From assembly GCA_032128375.1 (NCBI GenBank), contig JAQBGU010000177.1:1-40433 (forward strand): 40,433 nucleotides of DNA. The letters run 5' to 3'. The notes below the pieces were generated by a model. The model was not told where the DNA came from, ran no database searches, and saw only the letters and a program-made list of their open reading frames with translations. Made by a program: the position numbers and the translations under genes. Origin of the DNA: Deltaproteobacteria bacterium (GTDB taxonomy: Bacteria; Myxococcota_A; UBA9160; SMWR01). Below are positions 9,246 through 18,233 of the stretch, piece by piece. Within the stretch, counting starts at the first letter, position 1. Each line of letters begins with the position of its first letter.

Positions 9246-9650
9246 TCAGGTCGTTGTCTGACTCGAGTTGGGTCGAGCCCGCATGGATTCGCCTGGCGTG
9301 CGGCACTGCTTCTCCGCCTTCAGCTGCGGCACCACCAGGCGCGCGAAGCTGTCGCACTCTTCCGCGTGGGGATAGCCCGAAAGAATGAATGACTCGATCC
9401 CAACGGCGCCAGCGAACGCAACGGAATCGATGCCGAGCTGATAGCCCGAAGGCAGCAAGATGTTGTCGAAGCCGCCGCGATCGGCGCGCAGCACGATGTC
9501 GCGGCAGTGCTCGTAGGAACTGGCTAACGCGGGATCGCGAACACCGAGAAACTCGTAATCATCGTCGCAGAGAGCCGAAAACCAGGCGACCTCCGGTGCA
9601 GTGTTTCGCGCGTCCGGCTCTCCCTGTGGCTTGGCGTCTGTGTCGATCAT
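9246..9650 (-). pseudogene. Internally deleted SsuD-like LLM monooxygenase
   Basis: The N-terminal LLM segment (EVAWFSALCDDD...ADRGGFDNILLPSG) is joined in frame to the SsuD-type C-terminal motif GIESFILSGYPHAEE. The product is ~134 aa versus ~350-380 aa typical for the family. Confidence 0.8.
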
Positions 9651-9817
9651 CGGGAGCCATCCTATCGGCAAGTCGCACAGCAGTCATCTGTCGAGTCCGC
9701 TGTTCGTCCGGGGTCGGGCGCTGTCGTCTTATCGTCAACACGGCTGCCCGGAGACCGAAGCGCGATCCTGGCCATACACGGATGCCTCTTCAAAAGCCAA
9801 CGCACGCCGGCAAGACG

Positions 9818-10921
9818 CTAACCGGTGGTAGACGCGCTCGTTGCCTGCTCAGACATGAACTGTGTGAACAGAGCGATCAACTCCTGGGGCGGTGACACCT
9901 CGGGATCTTCGACCGAGTCCTTCCCGTTTTCGAATCGAAGCAGTTCCAGCTCTTCGAACGTACTGCGAACCCGTGGCGTCAGCAGCCCGAGCCGCTTGAG
10001 GTTCGGGACGATCTTTGAAAACAGCATCTGGCGAAAGCCTTTCATGAACGGGGTTTCGGCCATCCAGGGCACCCAGATGTTCTTGTCCCAACCGAGGCGG
10101 TCGAAGACCTGGTGCATCAACAACCGATCGTGCATCAGGTGGGTCGATTCGATGATGAAGTCTTCGCGCTCGCGCAGTTCACCGGAACTCATCTCACTGC
10201 TGTAGAGCTGTTCCAGTGACAACACGCCGAACGCGACGTGCCGCGACTCGTCAGCCATCACCCGACTTGTGAGGTCTTGGATCAATGGCTCGTCCTGCAT
10301 CATCAGGCGCATCATTCCGAAGGCCGCCAACGCGAGTCCCTCGACCATGATCTGCATGCCGAGGAAGGTCACGTCCCAGCGTGAATCGCCGATGATGTCC
10401 TCGAGCAGTGTGTTCAGAGCCGGGTGGATCTCGTAGGACATTCCGAGCTTCTCGGTCAGGTAGCGGTGATAGACCTCGACGTGTCGCGCCTCGTCGGCCA
10501 CCTGGTTTGCGGCGTAGAATTTCGATTCCTCGTCCGGAACCTGCAGCACGAGCTTGGCGGTCGCTACCAGCGCCCCTTGTTCGCCGTGCAGAAACTGCGA
10601 GAGCAAGAAGGCGTTCATGTTGAGGTTGAGCAGCTGGCTCTCTTCTTGGCTCAACTCCCGCGGCGGGTTCAGGATTTTGTTGAACATGCCGTCCATCCCA
10701 CTCTTGGCGCGATTGTCCATCATCTTTTGGATGTCGACTTCTGTCGACCAATCGAGGTCGTTCGCGTTCCAAGTCGCTGTCTTGCCTTTTTCGTAAAGCG
10801 CCATCATGCCCTGGTTTTCGAGTGAATACTGCCAGTCGAATACGGAGTCCAAGGTGGTTGCGACGGCCGTGGAGGCGCCGAAGCTGGGAACGGGAATGGG
10901 ATTGTTTTGGATGTACTTCAT
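9818..10921 (-). CDS. Ferritin-like diiron protein (AurF/diiron oxygenase-like)
   Basis: SQFLHGEQGA, DEARH, VEGLALAAF and DESRH give the paired E...ExxH diiron ligand pattern. Confidence 0.85.
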   Translation of the reverse strand: MKYIQNNPIPVPSFGASTAVATTLDSVFDWQYSLENQGMMALYEKGKTATWNANDLDWSTEVDIQKMMDNRAKSGMDGMFNKILNPPRELSQEESQLLNLNMNAFLLSQFLHGEQGALVATAKLVLQVPDEESKFYAANQVADEARHVEVYHRYLTEKLGMSYEIHPALNTLLEDIIGDSRWDVTFLGMQIMVEGLALAAFGMMRLMMQDEPLIQDLTSRVMADESRHVAFGVLSLEQLYSSEMSSGELREREDFIIESTHLMHDRLLMHQVFDRLGWDKNIWVPWMAETPFMKGFRQMLFSKIVPNLKRLGLLTPRVRSTFEELELLRFENGKDSVEDPEVSPPQELIALFTQFMSEQATSASTTG

Positions 10922-11694
10922 TTGAGACTCCTGTGTTTTCGTTTGGAGCGCGCGCTGGTTGGCGGTTCGGTCTGAACATTGCGGGTCTGATAAAGTTCGG
11001 GTGTTGCATCGACGCCTGCGTACGCGAGAAAATTTCGGGTCAGTTCGTCGACGAGGTCCTGGTCAGTCAACCTGCGCTTTCCAGCGCGAAACTCTCCCGA
11101 TATGACCAGCTGGTGCATCAAGCCAAACGCCAGCTGCACGGCCAATTCGATCGCGAGTTCGGGATCGGGATGATTGAACTCGTCGAACCGCGGCGAGAAC
11201 AGTGCGGTCAACCGTCGAGACACTCCCGCTCGAAACTGACGATCCTCTTCGATGAATTTGGGGGCCTGGCTGGCTCGGAACGTGAAGGCTCGGATCAGCC
11301 CCTCGCGAGATCGGAAGGTGTCGACGAGCTCTTGGACGCAGCCGCGCAAGATCGAATCGATCGGAGCCGCGACCCAACGTTCCGGGTCAGTCAGGTCGTC
11401 GACGCGCTGGCGAAGATCGTCGAAGAACCGCTCTTCGAGCGCGCGTAGCATCTCGTTCTTGCCGCGGAACCGCGCGTAGAATCCGCCGACGGATGACCCC
11501 GCGCGGCGAACGATTTCCGGAATCGATGTGTCCGTCAGGCCCTTTTCGGCAATCAGCTCTTCCGCCGCATCGAGGATGCGAAACAGGGTCTGCTGGCTGC
11601 GCAGCTGTTTCGGGCGAGAGACGCTGCCGAGGGATCTCGTGTCGAGCGCATCATTCGCGTTGGCCGTGTTGGCGCGACTCGTCTTCGCGGGCAT
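10918..11694 (-). CDS. TetR/AcrR family transcriptional regulator
   Basis: RILDAAEELIAEKG...SIPEIVRRAGSSVGGFYARFRGK HTH. ATGA overlap with the diiron gene. Confidence 0.93.
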   Translation of the reverse strand: MPAKTSRANTANANDALDTRSLGSVSRPKQLRSQQTLFRILDAAEELIAEKGLTDTSIPEIVRRAGSSVGGFYARFRGKNEMLRALEERFFDDLRQRVDDLTDPERWVAAPIDSILRGCVQELVDTFRSREGLIRAFTFRASQAPKFIEEDRQFRAGVSRRLTALFSPRFDEFNHPDPELAIELAVQLAFGLMHQLVISGEFRAGKRRLTDQDLVDELTRNFLAYAGVDATPELYQTRNVQTEPPTSARSKRKHRSLK

Positions 11695-11702
11695 GCGACC
11701 TC

Positions 11703-11762
11703 TTATTTCTCGCTCATTTGTTTCCCGCTCATTTATTTCTCACTCATCTATCTCTCACTCCT
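11703..11762 (-). repeat. 15-bp tandem repeat, 4 degenerate copies, in the TetR leader
   Basis: Minus-strand units are AGGAGTGAGAGATAG, ATGAGTGAGAAATAA, ATGAGCGGGAAACAA and ATGAGCGAGAAATAA. Confidence 0.9.
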
Positions 11763-11809
11763 TGTGAAACGAGCATGACGGCTGGCCAATTTTCGACTTT
11801 TCGACCGAT

Positions 11810-11835
11810 ATCAGAAACAGAATCTGATTCTTTTT
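11810..11835. promoter_or_regulatory. Candidate TetR operator (overlapping inverted repeats)
   Basis: AAACAGAATC-T-GATTCTTTTT (11815-11835, 9/10 arm match) and ATCAGA-N7-TCTGAT (11810-11828) lie in an AT-rich patch upstream of the tetR gene. Confidence 0.55.
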
Positions 11836-12013
11836 TAGCAAAGCTTTTCAGAATTACCAACTAGAGGGGCGAGTTTCGCGGCCCGGCGACTGCCGAATGA
11901 GAACACCCGTCGGGACGTGGGCGGGACTGCGCAGCGGGTTCGACGGTCCGCAGCGCGGGCGCGCTGTCTCGCGACCTGGCAGCCGAAATCGGACAGCAGC
12001 TTCAACGGCTCGT

Positions 12014-13282
12014 CTATCTCTGGCCCACCGAGTGTGTCTTCGTGTCGCTGCGGATGTCAGAAAGCGTGGGACCGATCTTGTCCCCGATCGGCTTCAGCGC
12101 ATCGAGGTCGAAGCCGTAGACCTGCGCCGCGGTCGTTCCAAGGATCGTTCGAATTTCGTCTTCCGGGTATTTGCCGAATGTTTTTTGTAACGAGTCCAGC
12201 GTGTTGGGCCAAGTGCCCTCCATGTGCGGGTAGTCCGAGCCCCACATGAGTCTGTCGATTCCGATCTCGTGACGGTCGACTCCCTCGTGCGGCGGCATGA
12301 ATGACGCACCGATGTAGCACTGGCGCTCGAAGTACTCCGTGGGGCGAAGCGACAGGTCCTTGGTGAAATACTTGAAGAGCGGGATATCTGCCTTGAATTC
12401 GAGGAGGCGCAGGGTCTCGAGAATCCAGGAACAGCCGGTCTCCGTCAGGACGAACTTCAGGTTGGGATGTCGCTCGAATGCGCCCGACCACACGAGGGCT
12501 GTGAAGGGCCGATGTGCCCACATGTCGACCTCGCTGATGTACATCGCGGTCGCGCTCGCCGTGTCGCCGTAGTCGGGCGACCACCCCGAGTGTACGTGGA
12601 CCGCCGCGCCGACTTCCTCGCAGACACGCCAGAGCGGCTCGTAGCGGGGATGGTGGTAGAAGGGGTGTTCTCCTGTACTGGTTGGAAGCAGCACGCCGCC
12701 CCATAGTCCCAGCTCCCTGGTGTCACGAACTTCCTGAACGGTGACATCGATGTCGTCGACGTTGATGATGGCAACCCCGGCGTGGCGGCCCGGGTTGGCA
12801 TTGCACAGGTCGGCGAGCCAGCGATTGTAGCTGCGGTTGCCCTCCAGGTTTTGTCTTGGGTCTACCGGGGAGCGGTACTGCAGCAATCCCGCGCCAAAGG
12901 GTGCCATTTGGGGAAAGATCACCTCTCCCGCGATGCCGTCCTTCTCGATCTCTGCCAGCCGGAAGTCGGCGTCCCACTCGCCTCGCTTGGGCGCGAAGGG
13001 GTTGTTTTCGTCTTCGAGCATGGCGCGAAGGGCGTCGTCGTCGAGTTCGGCTGACGCGTTCAGCAGCGCAGTCACGCCGCGGGCCTCCTCGCCGGCGTCC
13101 TCCGCGAATTTTTCCACCGCTTCCTGATCGAAGAAGGTCCCCGCGCGGGCCATCATCTCCTTGATGTACGACAGCCACCACGCATCGCTGGCCTGATGGA
13201 ATTCCGAAGCCATATAATTCTTGTACGCCCCCGGCAGCGCGCCCGCGTGACAATCGGAGCTGATGATCAATACGTTCGACAT
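12014..13282 (-). CDS. Amidohydrolase family protein (Amidohydro_2 type)
   Basis: MSNVLIISSDCHAG, YNRWLADLC, YEPLW, FERHPNLK, ETGCSW and MWGSDYPHMEGTWP. Start set at ATG 13282 behind GGAG (the track starts at 13387). Confidence 0.9.
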   Translation of the reverse strand: MSNVLIISSDCHAGALPGAYKNYMASEFHQASDAWWLSYIKEMMARAGTFFDQEAVEKFAEDAGEEARGVTALLNASAELDDDALRAMLEDENNPFAPKRGEWDADFRLAEIEKDGIAGEVIFPQMAPFGAGLLQYRSPVDPRQNLEGNRSYNRWLADLCNANPGRHAGVAIINVDDIDVTVQEVRDTRELGLWGGVLLPTSTGEHPFYHHPRYEPLWRVCEEVGAAVHVHSGWSPDYGDTASATAMYISEVDMWAHRPFTALVWSGAFERHPNLKFVLTETGCSWILETLRLLEFKADIPLFKYFTKDLSLRPTEYFERQCYIGASFMPPHEGVDRHEIGIDRLMWGSDYPHMEGTWPNTLDSLQKTFGKYPEDEIRTILGTTAAQVYGFDLDALKPIGDKIGPTLSDIRSDTKTHSVGQR

Positions 13283-13287
13283 GGATA

Positions 13288-13308
13288 CTCCACCCTCCAC
13301 CTTCCACC
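13288..13308 (-). repeat. 7-bp tandem repeat x3 that includes the RBS
   Basis: Minus strand reads GGTGGAA GGTGGAG GGTGGAG, then TATCC, then ATG. Confidence 0.65.
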
Positions 13309-13449
13309 ACCGGGCAGATACGGATCCGCCAAGCCTCACTGTGTCGATTGGGGATTCGCCGATAATACCCGGTGAGCCGGTGCGCATCGAGGAGAACGCG
13401 GTCTAGAACACGTCTGCTGGGAATGCGTAACTGAGGGCATGGCGTCGCC

Positions 13450-14484
13450 CTACGAAACCGTGGCGAGGTCGGCCTTCATCATCAGTTCCACCAACTCCGC
13501 GAAGCTCACTCGAGTCCGCCAGCCGAGCTTTTCGAACGCCTTGCTGGGATCGCCTTGGAGCTGCTCCACTTCGGCCGGGCGGTAGTAGCGGGGATCCACA
13601 TCGACGACGATCTCTCCCGTCTTGGCGTCTCTACCGACTTCGTCGCTTCCCGACCCCTCCCACTGAATATCGAAATTAGCCACCGGCGCGGCGCATTCGA
13701 TGAACTCCCGGACGCTGTGCATCTCTCCGGTCGCGATGACGTAGTCGTCCGGTTCGGGTTGTTGCTGGATCAACCACATGGCTTCGACGAAGTCTGCCGC
13801 GTATCCCCAATCGCGGCGGGCGTCGAGATTTCCCATCGACACCTTCGACTGCAGTCCCGCGCGCACCCGCGCCAGCCCCAGCGTGATCTTGCGGGTGACG
13901 AAATTTTCGCCGCGGCGTGGCGACTCATGGTTGAACAGGATGCCGTTACTGGCGTGCATCGCGTAGGACTCCCGGTAGTTCCGGACGATCCAGTAGCCGT
14001 ACAGCTTCGCGACCGCGTAGGGCGAGCGCGGGTGGAACGGGGTCGATTCGGTCTGAGGTACTTCCCGGACCTTGCCGTAGAGTTCAGAGGTGGAAGCCTG
14101 ATAGAAGCGGGTGTCGAGCTTGTTGCAGCGAATTGCCTCGAGGAGCCGCAGCACCCCCGTGGCATCGACGTCGCAGGTGTACTCGGGCTGGTCGAACGAG
14201 ACGGCCACGTGGGACTGGGCGGCCAGGTGGTAGAGCTCATCCGGGCGGGTTTCTGCGATGATGCGATTCAAGCTGCTCGAGTCACCCATGTCTCCGTAGT
14301 GGAGTTCGTACACCTTACCCGTCTGTCGCGCGCGTGCGCGGGTCTCCTCGATTCGGGTTCGGTTGAACAGCGAGGTCCTCCGAGCGATGCCATGGATGTC
14401 ATAGCCCTTCTCGAGCAGTAGCTCTGCCAGATACGAGCCATCTTGGCCTGTAATACCGGTAATCAGTGCGACCTTCTTCGACAT
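13450..14484 (-). CDS. gmd: GDP-mannose 4,6-dehydratase
   Basis: [67 protein letters not shown] and RDWG. Confidence 0.97.
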   Translation of the reverse strand: MSKKVALITGITGQDGSYLAELLLEKGYDIHGIARRTSLFNRTRIEETRARARQTGKVYELHYGDMGDSSSLNRIIAETRPDELYHLAAQSHVAVSFDQPEYTCDVDATGVLRLLEAIRCNKLDTRFYQASTSELYGKVREVPQTESTPFHPRSPYAVAKLYGYWIVRNYRESYAMHASNGILFNHESPRRGENFVTRKITLGLARVRAGLQSKVSMGNLDARRDWGYAADFVEAMWLIQQQPEPDDYVIATGEMHSVREFIECAAPVANFDIQWEGSGSDEVGRDAKTGEIVVDVDPRYYRPAEVEQLQGDPSKAFEKLGWRTRVSFAELVELMMKADLATVS

Positions 14485-14488
14485 TCAG

Positions 14489-14506
14489 TACTCCCATTAC
14501 TCCCAC
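14489..14506 (-). repeat. 9-bp tandem duplication of the gmd RBS
   Basis: Minus strand reads GTGGGAGTA ATGGGAGTA, then CTGA, then ATG. Confidence 0.6.
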
Positions 14507-14584
14507 TGCTCGCGCGAGTCGACTCGATCGCTCGCGCGATTTTTGGAGGGTAGCGACGATCCGTACCCGTTACCCTGACCCAAC

Positions 14585-15545
14585 ATGGTGCGACTGGCAG
14601 GGGCGCGGCCTCTCTCCGACTGGGCGTTGCTATCGGCGCTGGTCGGATTGTGGGGGACAGCGTTTCTCTTCATCAAGCTGACGCTCGAGAGTCTCCCCCC
14701 CACGACCCTGGTCGCCAGCCGTCTGTTGATCGCGGCGTGCGTGCTGACTGTTGCGGTGCGTCTCCGCGGGCAACATCTACCCACGTCGATGCGCGTTTGG
14801 CGCAAGTATCTGCTGATGGGATTCGTCGGCAATGCGCTTCCTTTCACACTGATCAGCTGGGGACAGATCCGAGTGGATAGTTCCATCACCGGCATTTTGA
14901 TGGGGGTCATGCCGCTCGTTACGCTGTTGCTCGCCCAATGGTTCGTTCCCGGCGAACGGTTGACACCGCGAAGCGCTCGGGTTCACGGTGGGATTTCTCG
15001 GGTTGCTGGTGCTGTCGGGTCCAGACGCGCTGCTGGAGATCGGCGGCGTGGCCAGCCAGCTTGTCCGGCAGGCAGCCATCCTGGGCGGCGCTGTCTGTTA
15101 TGCGGTCAACACCATCCTCGCGCGGCGTCTCGCCACACTCGACGCGCTCGTATCGTCAGCGACTGTGATGTGGGCTGCGACTGCGATCATGCTTCCTATC
15201 GCCTGCATGAACGACCAGCCGTGGACACTGAGACCTTCTGCGGTCGCGATCGTGTCCGCGGTGTGGCTCGGGCTCGGCGCTACAGCACTGGCGACGATCG
15301 TGTATTTCGTGCTGGTGAAGAGCGCGGGGCCGACCTTCCTATCGCTGATGAACTACGTGATCCCCGTCGTCGCACTGCTTGCGGGAGTTCTCGTGCTCGA
15401 CGAGCCGCTGCCCAATACTGCCGTGATCGGCCTGGCGCTGATCCTGGCAGGCCTCGGCATCAGTCAACTCCGTGCACGCACGGGGCGACAATGCACTAGA
15501 CGCAGCACTGAAGGTGTGAGATCTGTCGTTCCAATTCGATCATGA
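14585..15545 (+). pseudogene. EamA/DMT family transporter split by a frameshift at ~14964-14973
   Basis: Frame 1 reads ...WGTAFLFIK...GNALPFTLISWG...PGERLTPR and then loses hydrophobicity. The +1 frame continues ALGFTVGFLGLLVL...LGLGATALA...GPTFLSLMNYVIPVVA...LDEP. May be a sequencing error. Confidence 0.82.
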
Positions 15546-15630
15546 AACGCGTATCCTTCAGGTCGGCAACGATGCGGACACCGAAGAGGCAGGCGGAGCA
15601 TGCGCATCTCGAATCGAAACCCCCGCACAG

Positions 15631-15660
15631 GCAGTGGGCTAGGGCAGTGGGCTAGGGCAG
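15631..15660 (+). repeat. 13-bp tandem repeat (2.3 copies) upstream of the PEP-CTERM gene
   Basis: GCAGTGGGCTAGG GCAGTGGGCTAGG GCAG. Confidence 0.8.
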
Positions 15661-15682
15661 CAGCAGGCTAGATGGCCCGATC

Positions 15683-16564
15683 ATGAACTTACGCGAACTT
15701 GCGATTCACGAGCTCTCGCCCGCCATCTCGGTCGCGATCTTGCTCGCGTTTGGGTTTGCCAGCGACGCGAACGCCGTGCCGGCGGTCGCTGGGCCGATTG
15801 CGGTCAACGTAACGCTCGAGCTCAATCTCGGCTCTTACGCGACCCAAGTGGCCACGGCCACCGGTGTCGCCACGCTCTCCGGTGCGGGCCCGCTCGGACC
15901 GAATGTGCTGCGACTCGAGGGCACGCCAATTCAAACCGTGGTTCAAGTACCGCTCGCGAGTTTCCCGACGGTCGGAAGCCGATTTGGGTTCTTCATATCA
16001 AACGTTGGTGTAAATGCCACGCTTCGGCCGGGTACGTTCGCTCCGATCACAGGCCTCCAACCCTTGACCCAGCTACATGGGTTGCGGGGCCGCTTTACCG
16101 CGCCGGCTTTCGGGAGCACATACGGGCTGGATTTCATTCGCACCACGCGGTTGACCACATTCGGTCCGTTTAGTGTCGGCGTAGGTGGAGCGAACGTTAC
16201 GGCGGTCAATTTTCCCCCGATTCCGTTGATTGGTGCGGGAGCGAGTCCATGGACGGTGGGTGCGGCGACGCTTTCGACCCAGACGGCTTCTTCGCCAGCC
16301 GTATTTCAGACTGTGATGAGGTCGGGGTTTCTGCACGGACCGAGTTCGTCAGCCACCAGCGTCATCCACTACGGAGGCGCCCTCCAACTCGTTGCGCCTA
16401 CGCAGATCTACACCGACTGGATCGATTCTGGGACACCTACGAAACTCGCGTTGTTTTCGACTCTCACAATCCAATTCCTTCCCGAGCCGGAAGCGGGTCT
16501 GATGCTCTGCGCTGGCGCGGCGTTCTTGTTGGTTGTGGGGAGGCGACGGATTCGGATGCACTGA
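15683..16564 (+). CDS. PEP-CTERM-type sorted surface protein
   Basis: Signal-peptide-like N-terminus (...FASDANA) and a Gly/Thr/Ser-rich body. The C-terminus is LPEP, then a hydrophobic helix, then RRR (FLPEPEAGLMLCAGAAFLLVVGRRRIRMH). Confidence 0.85.
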   Translation: MNLRELAIHELSPAISVAILLAFGFASDANAVPAVAGPIAVNVTLELNLGSYATQVATATGVATLSGAGPLGPNVLRLEGTPIQTVVQVPLASFPTVGSRFGFFISNVGVNATLRPGTFAPITGLQPLTQLHGLRGRFTAPAFGSTYGLDFIRTTRLTTFGPFSVGVGGANVTAVNFPPIPLIGAGASPWTVGAATLSTQTASSPAVFQTVMRSGFLHGPSSSATSVIHYGGALQLVAPTQIYTDWIDSGTPTKLALFSTLTIQFLPEPEAGLMLCAGAAFLLVVGRRRIRMH

Positions 16565-16572
16565 AAGCCTGT

Positions 16573-17328
16573 CTATCGGGTTTGCCTTCTCGCGACGAGC
16601 AGCCAGTCCCACGGACCGGGGGTCTTCATCCAGCGCGGCGGATCTTCGAACTCGGTCTCCCAGGCGTATTCGACCTTGTCGCAGCTCGAAACTGCGAAGC
16701 CCGATTCGCCGAGCAGCAGCATCGCTTCTTCGCGGAGGTAGTGCTTGGTGCTTACCTTCTCGATACGAACGAGTCCGCGCATCAGGTCTCGCGAGGCTGT
16801 TATTCCCGACGCGAGCGATTCGGCCTCGCTGAAGCCGAGTCGGCGATTCCATTCGACCAATCGCTGGTTTGCGAAGAGCACCGATTCGAGTGACGGAACC
16901 AGCAGAAGCAGTCGTCCTCCGGGCGCGAGGTGGCGGTGGATCGTCCGCAAGATGCCGCGGCGCATCGCCGGGTCATCGGAGATCAGCACGTTCGCGCACA
17001 CCCCGACCTTTGCTTTGGGCATCTTGATATGCGCCCTGCCACTCGCCAGGTTCGCGCGGTGTATAGAGACGTTTGCGATGCGCCGTGTGCGCTCGCGGGC
17101 CTGGTCGAGTAGTGAGTCCGCGAAGTCGATGCCGTGAACGACTCGGAAGCGTCTCGCGAGCAGTAACAGGTAGTAACCGACGCCACAACCGAAGTCCGCG
17201 GCGACGGCAGCGGGGTCCGCGAGTTCATCGAGGCGCCGCCGGATCGCTCCGCTGGTGTCCGCGCGTGAACTCGAGAAGATCTCCCGGTCGTATTGATCCC
17301 CGATCCGCTCCCAATAGTGGGCGTCCAT
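16573..17328 (-). CDS. Class I SAM-dependent methyltransferase
   Basis: ADFGCGVG motif I, VHGIDFA motif II and LAPGGRLLL. Start is ATG 17328 or GTG 17346. Confidence 0.87.
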   Translation of the reverse strand: MDAHYWERIGDQYDREIFSSSRADTSGAIRRRLDELADPAAVAADFGCGVGYYLLLLARRFRVVHGIDFADSLLDQARERTRRIANVSIHRANLASGRAHIKMPKAKVGVCANVLISDDPAMRRGILRTIHRHLAPGGRLLLLVPSLESVLFANQRLVEWNRRLGFSEAESLASGITASRDLMRGLVRIEKVSTKHYLREEAMLLLGESGFAVSSCDKVEYAWETEFEDPPRWMKTPGPWDWLLVARRQTR

Positions 17329-17335
17329 GAGTGAC

Positions 17336-17815
17336 CTACCGGCCACGCGCCTTGGCCCAGAGCCGAAGCGAGAGAGCCTGATCGCCCCACCAGACGCCCA
17401 TCATGGCGCCGAATGCCGAGTCTTCCAGGCCGTGTCGCGAAGGATGATCCGGTCGCAGCGCGTCCCAGCCGCGATGAACTACGGTAACGCGGGTCGATGC
17501 CCCGACGGCTTCGAATTGCACCTCGACCTCGGTGAGCTCACTCGGCGCAAAATTGCGGTTGCGCCAGCCGAAGACCAGGCGTTCGCCGGGTTTCCAGACC
17601 GAGATGCGCCCGAACTCGAACTCGGACCCATCGCTGTCTTGTTGGATCAAGCGGCCGCCTTCGCGCGGCTCGAATCGAAGTGTTCCACCGGCGCCTCGGA
17701 AGCGCGGGCCCTGCTTCCACCAGACGTTCACGTCTTCTGTGAACAGGGTGAAAGTCTCGTCCACATCAGCCGCGACCACAGTCGTCACAACGACCGAGTC
17801 GGTGGCGCTACTCAT
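17336..17815 (-). CDS. SRPBCC/AHSA1-like domain protein
   Basis: FTEDVNVWW, FEPREGGR, WKPGERLVFGW, TEVEVQF and TRVTVVHRGW. Confidence 0.88.
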   Translation of the reverse strand: MSSATDSVVVTTVVAADVDETFTLFTEDVNVWWKQGPRFRGAGGTLRFEPREGGRLIQQDSDGSEFEFGRISVWKPGERLVFGWRNRNFAPSELTEVEVQFEAVGASTRVTVVHRGWDALRPDHPSRHGLEDSAFGAMMGVWWGDQALSLRLWAKARGR

Positions 17816-18204
17816 TTGGCCGGCCTCCCTTTACCTCGGTTCTTGAGCTGACTCTTCGTCTGAATTTGTGTCCGGTTCTCGACATGATCTCGGAACGAAT
17901 CGAGCTGCTCGGTCCAGAAGGCTTCGACTTCGCGCAACCAACCCGCGAGCTCTTCGAAGCGATCTGGGCGCAGCTGATAGACACGTCCGCGGCCGTCAGT
18001 CGGGTCGCGCAATTCCTCGATCAGGCCTCCTGAACGCAGTAGGCGGAGATGTCGACTGATGGCGGGTGCGCTCACATCGAACGCTGCGACCAGCTCGCCT
18101 GCCCGTCTTGGTCGTACACGCAAGAGATCGACGACACGCCTCCGCGTCGGATCGGCCAGTGCCGATAACGTCGAATCCAACCTTTTCTGGGCGGCTGCGC
18201 TCAA
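17812..18204 (-). CDS. ArsR/SmtB family transcriptional regulator
   Basis: ALADPTRRRVVDLL and SAPAISRHLRLLRSGGLI, with C-terminal FWTEQLDSF. TTG start preceded by AGGAG. Confidence 0.92.
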   Translation of the reverse strand: MSAAAQKRLDSTLSALADPTRRRVVDLLRVRPRRAGELVAAFDVSAPAISRHLRLLRSGGLIEELRDPTDGRGRVYQLRPDRFEELAGWLREVEAFWTEQLDSFRDHVENRTQIQTKSQLKNRGKGRPAK

Positions 18205-18233
18205 AGGGGCTCCTGTTTCTCTTTCACCGTCTT

